Program-made: the position numbers and the translations under genes
In this document: positions 63,177 to 64,000 of the stretch, piece by piece
Layout: every line of letters begins with the position of its first letter
Position numbering within the stretch: the first letter of the stretch is position 1
Assembly: GCF_030013205.1 (NCBI RefSeq)
Contig: NZ_CP122648.1
Source of the DNA: Escherichia coli
Lineage (GTDB): Bacteria; Pseudomonadota; Gammaproteobacteria; Enterobacterales; Enterobacteriaceae
Direction: 5' to 3' (one strand)
DNA: 64,000 nucleotides
Notes under the pieces: model-generated
What the model saw: the letters and a program-made list of their open reading frames with translations, nothing else
What the model was told of the DNA's origin: nothing
Databases searched by the model: none

Positions 63177-63332
63177 ATGAAGCAGCAAAAGGCGATGTTA
63201 ATCGCCCTGATCGTCATCTGTTTAACCGTCATAGTGACGGCACTGGTAACGAGGAAAGACCTCTGCGAGGTACGAATCCGAACCGGCCAGACGGAGGTCG
63301 CTGTCTTCACAGCTTACGAACCTGAGGAGTAA
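63177..63332 (+). CDS. hokD: Hok-family membrane toxin HokD (RelF)
   Basis: Hand-translated 51-aa ORF MKQQKAMLIALIVICLTVIVTALVTRKDLCEVRIRTGQTEVAVFTAYEPEE with AGGAG upstream; below ORF-track cutoff. Confidence 0.85.
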   Translation: MKQQKAMLIALIVICLTVIVTALVTRKDLCEVRIRTGQTEVAVFTAYEPEE

Positions 63333-63401
63333 GAGACCCGGCGGGGGAGAAATCCCTCGCCACCTCTGATGTGGCAGGCATCCTCAACGCACCCGCACTT
63401 A

Positions 63402-63430
63402 ACCCGCTTCGGCGGGTTTTTGTTTTTATT
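63402..63430 (+). terminator. Rho-independent terminator after hokD
   Basis: ACCCGC-TTCG-GCGGGT followed by TTTTTGTTTTTATTTT. Confidence 0.7.
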
Positions 63431-63548
63431 TTCAACGCGTTTGAAGTTCTGGACGGTGCCGGAATAGAATCAAAAATACTTAAGTAGCGCGCAGGGATAA
63501 GAGGGATGGTCCCTTAAAGGGGAGAGCTAATTATCCGGAAGGATTCTG

Positions 63549-63800
63549 ATGATGAACATCGAAGAACTGCGTAAAATTTTTTGTGAAGATGGCCTCTATG
63601 CTGTGTGCGTTGAAAATGGAAATCTTGTTAGTCATTACCGCATTATGTGTTTGCGAAAGAATGGGGCTGCGTTAATTAATTTTGTGGATGCTCGGGTCAC
63701 GGACGGATTTATCTTGCGCGAAGGTGAGTTTGTCACTTCATTACAGGCATTGAAAGAGATCGGAATAAAAGCTGGCTTTTCTGCTTTTTCAGGAGAATAA
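63549..63800 (+). CDS. rem: Qin prophage protein Rem
   Basis: 83-aa ORF MMNIEELRKIFCEDGLYAVC... at the position of rem after hokD. Confidence 0.7.
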   Translation: MMNIEELRKIFCEDGLYAVCVENGNLVSHYRIMCLRKNGAALINFVDARVTDGFILREGEFVTSLQALKEIGIKAGFSAFSGE

Positions 63801-63866
63801 ACTCATCTACAATCTTGCGCGGGGCTGAACTCCCGCTGAGTAACACCGTGCCACCGGAGAAAACCG

Positions 63867-64000
63867 ATGGCACGCAACGCAAAATATTACAATTCTGATA
63901 ATTCGCCCGTTCTTGCCTGCACGCACGGGCGGTATTCTCACGCATTCAAGTCTGAATGGTTCCAGCACCCTCCATGCACTGCAGAACAGGCCGAATGGCT
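63867..64000 (+). CDS. ydfU: 5' part of YdfU-like prophage protein (continues beyond window)
   Basis: ATG at 63867 opens frame MARNAKYYNSDNSPVLACTHGRYSHAFKSEWFQHPPCTAEQAEW... running to the window edge; call by position only. Confidence 0.4.
   Translation, partial: MARNAKYYNSDNSPVLACTHGRYSHAFKSEWFQHPPCTAEQAEW

Larger units (their letters stand above)
51025..64000. mobile_element. Qin-type lambdoid cryptic prophage, left arm (continues beyond window end); left boundary approximate
   Basis: Contiguous int, xis, exonuclease, ydfD, dicB, dicF, ydfCBA, dicA, dicC, flxA, ydfV, relBE, hokD, rem; integrase abuts a truncated host gene. Confidence 0.85.

Overview
This window reads as Escherichia coli chromosome from the replication-terminus region, collinear (in reverse orientation) with the K-12 segment ydgJ-add-malYX-malI-hdhA-uidRABC-ydgA-manA-fumAC-tus-rstAB-...-pntAB-...-mlc-...-ynfEFGH-dmsD-...-speG-rspAB, followed from about 51.0 kb to the window end by the left arm of a Qin-type lambdoid cryptic prophage (int, xis, exonuclease, ydfD, dicB, dicF, ydfCBA, dicA/dicC, flxA, ydfV, relBE, hokD, rem). 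Gene identities come from reading the supplied translations against remembered protein families and K-12 gene order; no database search was run. Start codons were refined from the six-frame track where the expected protein length and an ATG/GTG in the sequence agreed. No tRNA, rRNA or CRISPR array was recognised. The core region looks ordinary. I found no convincing novel multi-gene system; the least explained material is a roughly 4 kb stretch between dicC and flxA (57.6-61.7 kb) holding a ydfX-like ORF, a short methyltransferase-like ORF, two frames interrupted only by stop codons, a 59-codon hydrophobic ORF, a hairpin-rich segment, a DDE transposase gene and a 24-bp tandem repeat. The prophage int-xis-exonuclease genes read as full-length ORFs, in contrast to my recollection of the decayed K-12 copy.
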